Part shown: positions 61,381 to 64,000 of the stretch, one piece after another
How the letters are laid out: the number at the start of each line of letters is the position of its first letter
Numbering within the stretch: the first letter of the stretch is position 1
Source: Nitrosopumilus sp.
Lineage (GTDB): Archaea; Thermoproteota; Nitrososphaeria; Nitrososphaerales; Nitrosopumilaceae
NCBI GenBank assembly: GCA_963667665.2
Contig: OY763927.2
Coordinates: 608,001 to 672,000 of the forward strand
Direction of reading: 5' to 3'
DNA: 64,000 nucleotides
Made by a program: the position numbers and the translations under genes
Notes under the pieces: model-generated
Told to the model about the DNA's origin: nothing
Databases searched by the model: none
What the model saw: the letters and a program-made list of their open reading frames with translations, nothing else

Positions 61381-61512
61381 CGCTGAGCCGAAACGCGTAC
61401 CGAAGCACACGTTTCCAAAGAGGTTGATCTATCACCATGATTACGACGAGGATATTTTTCCATATGTTCAGAGTTCATGCATGTGTGTCACTATAGGTGC
61501 AAGTCCGGTGGT

Positions 61513-61773
61513 TTACGCTTTTTTCCTTGGTCTCATCAGCACCAGTATGCCTCCCCCCAACAACGCCGTGCCAAGGGGCATCCTAATGACAAAAAGCTCA
61601 CCCCATGCGTCGTTGCCGGTCTCCCATATGTTGCGGCCGTCAAACCAAAGCGATCCGTTCGTCACGAGGTTGAACAGTATGATGCCTACTATCGGAAAAA
61701 GCTGCCACAGAAAGTAAAGTGATGATGCTGTGAGCCCCCATCCCACAAGCTTGTAATATTTGGAGTTAATCAT
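61513..61773 (-). CDS. Small membrane protein
   Basis: Two hydrophobic helices and a basic tail. Confidence 0.55.
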   Translation of the reverse strand: MINSKYYKLVGWGLTASSLYFLWQLFPIVGIILFNLVTNGSLWFDGRNIWETGNDAWGELFVIRMPLGTALLGGGILVLMRPRKKA

Positions 61774-62160
61774 AATAAGAAAAAAGGTTAGGACACAAAT
61801 ATGCCTATCGCTAAACTGCCTAATTGGGTGGTTCTTGACGATTGTGATGCATCATACTTGTTGTATGTCCTTACGAAAGTGATCCTGCTTGATCCAAACG
61901 CATTGCGCCAAACGCTTTCAGTGTCTTACGCGCTTGTCGCTTCTTGTCACGTTGGGCGATGGCTCCATAGCACTGATCGCCATCCTTTCCGGCATTGCCG
62001 GTTCTGCCGCGACGTTCATCTTTTCGCCGAAATCAAGCAAGGAGTGACACTCGTGTACTATTATGCATGATCCGCTGAAGAAGATCCCGTTCCAGATCCC
62101 GATAACTTCACAGAGCCTATTATAGAACTGTTTTTAAGTTTCAATTTGGGTAAATTATTT

Positions 62161-62421
62161 ATGGTACGGATTACACTGATCATTATTCCCATCATAATTG
62201 TCATCCTTTATACAATGCTATCTTTTTTCTTTGATGTAGTAACATCTGCTGCTGGCTGTGCAGATTACCATTTTAATTGTGACTGTGAAAAAGTTGGGTA
62301 TTGTGCATATGTTGAGTTCGTTTATTTTCTCAGCGTGGGACTCCTTTTGTGTGGATTAGTGATAGTTGAGCTAATTTTGGTAAGGAGAGCAGATAGAATC
62401 GTAAAAAAAATGAAAACGTAA
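62161..62421 (+). CDS. Small two-TM protein with a Cys-rich loop
   Basis: TM-GCADYHFNCDC..YC-TM. Confidence 0.55.
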   Translation: MVRITLIIIPIIIVILYTMLSFFFDVVTSAAGCADYHFNCDCEKVGYCAYVEFVYFLSVGLLLCGLVIVELILVRRADRIVKKMKT

Positions 62422-62606
62422 AACTGCCAAGATCAATAATCTCAAATATGCTCACGAAGTCACGGGATCCGACGATGTTCTAGGTCACTGCCACAGATTG
62501 GCATCTGACAACCACTCTAGGTTAACACCCGATCCATTTTGAGGAAACCACTTGAAGAGTTAACAGTAGAGATTATGGGTAACCGATTACTACAGGATAC
62601 ATGAAA

Positions 62607-62684
62607 GTAATAAGTTAGGTGACCCAGAACACCTCTGACAGTTTTTGAACCGGTTCAACCTTAGTTTGTCTCATATAAGCACAC
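62607..62684 (-). mobile_element. IS66 right-end remnant
   Basis: Similar to 56289-56370 (GTAATA.GTTAGGT...CCAGAA..CTGACAG). Confidence 0.6.
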
Positions 62685-63135
62685 TGATCTGGACCCCTTG
62701 TTTTAGTACCGTTTTTTGCATCTTTTTCCGAATGATTTCAGCCCTCATTTATTCCCACCCTCCACTTTGCGAGCAAACTCATTGGGGGTGACATACCCAA
62801 GAGCCGAGTGTATCCTGTCGTTGTTGTAGTCTGCAAACGCTCTGGCCAACACCACTTCGGCGTCTTGGAACCTTGCAAACTCATGGGGCCGTGTGGAATC
62901 GTTCCACAGGACTCTCAAAAAGGAATATCTGTGGCGGCATGAATTTGCCAGTTATCAGGAAGCCGAAAAGATCCTGGCAGATGCTTTCGCAGATTACAAC
63001 CAAGAAAGAATTCATTCTGCCATAGGATACGTGACGCCTGTAGAGTTTGCATCACAGTGGGAGATGAAGAATAAATGAGGGGGACTGTATGGATGATCAT
63101 GCAAAAAGCGTTCTCATTTTATGGGGTCCACTCCA
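62685..63135. mobile_element. Two IS3 right ends joined in inverted orientation
   Basis: 62685-62890 is nearly identical to 40257-40462; 62891-63135 encodes ESFHRTLKKE...HSAIGY and ends GGGGTCCACTCCA. Confidence 0.85.
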
Positions 63136-63151
63136 GCTGACAAGTAATGCA

Positions 63152-63382
63152 TTGACAGAATACGTCGAGCAGGATTACATACGCAAAGATACGATAGAGA
63201 AAAGATCGTACCAGACAAATCTTGCGCAACATGCGATGTCTAAAAACTGTCTGGTTGTTTTGCCGACAGGCCTGGGCAAGACGGCAATAGCGCTGCAGGT
63301 GATCGCCAAGTACCTGTCAGATGGTACAGGAAGTATTTTGTTTTTGGCACCTACGCGCGTGCTAGTAAACCAGCATTTATGA
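63152..63382 (+). pseudogene. N-terminal fragment of a Hef/FANCM-type DEAD/DEAH helicase
   Basis: EKRSYQ, LPTGLGKT, FLAPTRVLVNQH, then stop. Confidence 0.8.
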
Positions 63383-63813
63383 AAAATAACGAGCTGTTTT
63401 GTGCGCCAAAATTTATGCAAGAGTAATTAGGCACATTATTTTGTACATATTCAAGCATGAAAACTAACCCAACGCCTGAACTGCACGTGTTGAATAATTT
63501 AAAAAATATTCCAAATCAGTGTCTTAAATTAAGCATTAATTCTTACAAATAAAAATGCAGAATATACTAAAGCCGAGGGACATCTAGAACTTAGGGTTCA
63601 TGATGATGCTGGGAGAAAGAGACTTTCTACTGAGTATGATGTTACAAGAGATGATTTTTTCTCATGGAAAGATAATTCTGGGGAAAAAATTACAGGGTAT
63701 AGAATTCAAGAAACCAAATTTTTCGAATCTTATATTCATGATGTATATGTAGACTTTACATTAAATGATGGAACCAATTGGAAAGATCTTCATGCTACTT
63801 TCTGGTCATTAAA

Positions 63814-64000
63814 TTGAAACCTGTAATAATTATCGCAACAGTATTTGTTTTGATAATTTTTACTCCAACAATAGCAAATGGGGATGAATATGTAGAAAAA
63901 TGGAAACGGTATGTTGAATCATATAAAGAATTTATGGAAATCTACAAAACATGGGCTCACGATACAATAAATTATTACAAATCACAATTACTTGAATCTA
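63814..64000 (+). CDS. Secreted protein, 3'-partial
   Basis: TTG start; signal peptide MKPVIIIATVFVLIIFTPTIANG; frame open to window end. Confidence 0.55.
   Translation, partial: MKPVIIIATVFVLIIFTPTIANGDEYVEKWKRYVESYKEFMEIYKTWAHDTINYYKSQLLES

Noticed and set aside
53629-63135. A single large composite IS3 from the left end at 53629 to the right end at 63135
   Set aside because: The flanks (TCCT versus GCTG) give no target-site duplication.
35651-64000. Diversity-generating retroelement, retron or intact provirus
   Set aside because: No reverse transcriptase, TR/VR pair, capsid, terminase or replication gene is recognisable.

Overview
AT-rich chromosomal window from an ammonia-oxidising archaeon of the Nitrosopumilus type. 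The assignment is inferred from thaumarchaeal protein motifs, archaeal purP, aspS-gatCAB and type II GAPDH. Core blocks are phnDCE, purP, aspS-gatCAB, acyl-CoA synthetase, aminotransferase, TIGR00300 protein, PduO, tRNA-Phe, ilvA, purE/purK, thiolase-DUF35, Hjc-like resolvase, thrC, CNNM and gap. Three accessory regions interrupt them. (1) About 4.1-10.0 kb: a candidate defence or nucleic-acid-modification island with a DUF5131 radical-SAM-like gene divergent from tcmP, a HEPN RNase, a frameshifted SDH/Clp protease with a small partner, an unannotated RHH protein, a nonsense-interrupted atypical tyrosine recombinase and clustered TTAGCTAA motifs. This is the best candidate for an undescribed system. 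(2) About 35.6-41.9 kb: a mosaic of secreted and virion-like gene pieces with a G10 tract and an intact IS3-family insertion. (3) About 48 kb to the end: two tyrosine recombinases, cargo genes including a PIN nuclease, a dispersed 49-bp motif and many IS3/IS5/IS66/ISH3 remnants. Scattered gene lesions suggest genome erosion. All calls are by eye; no database searches were run.
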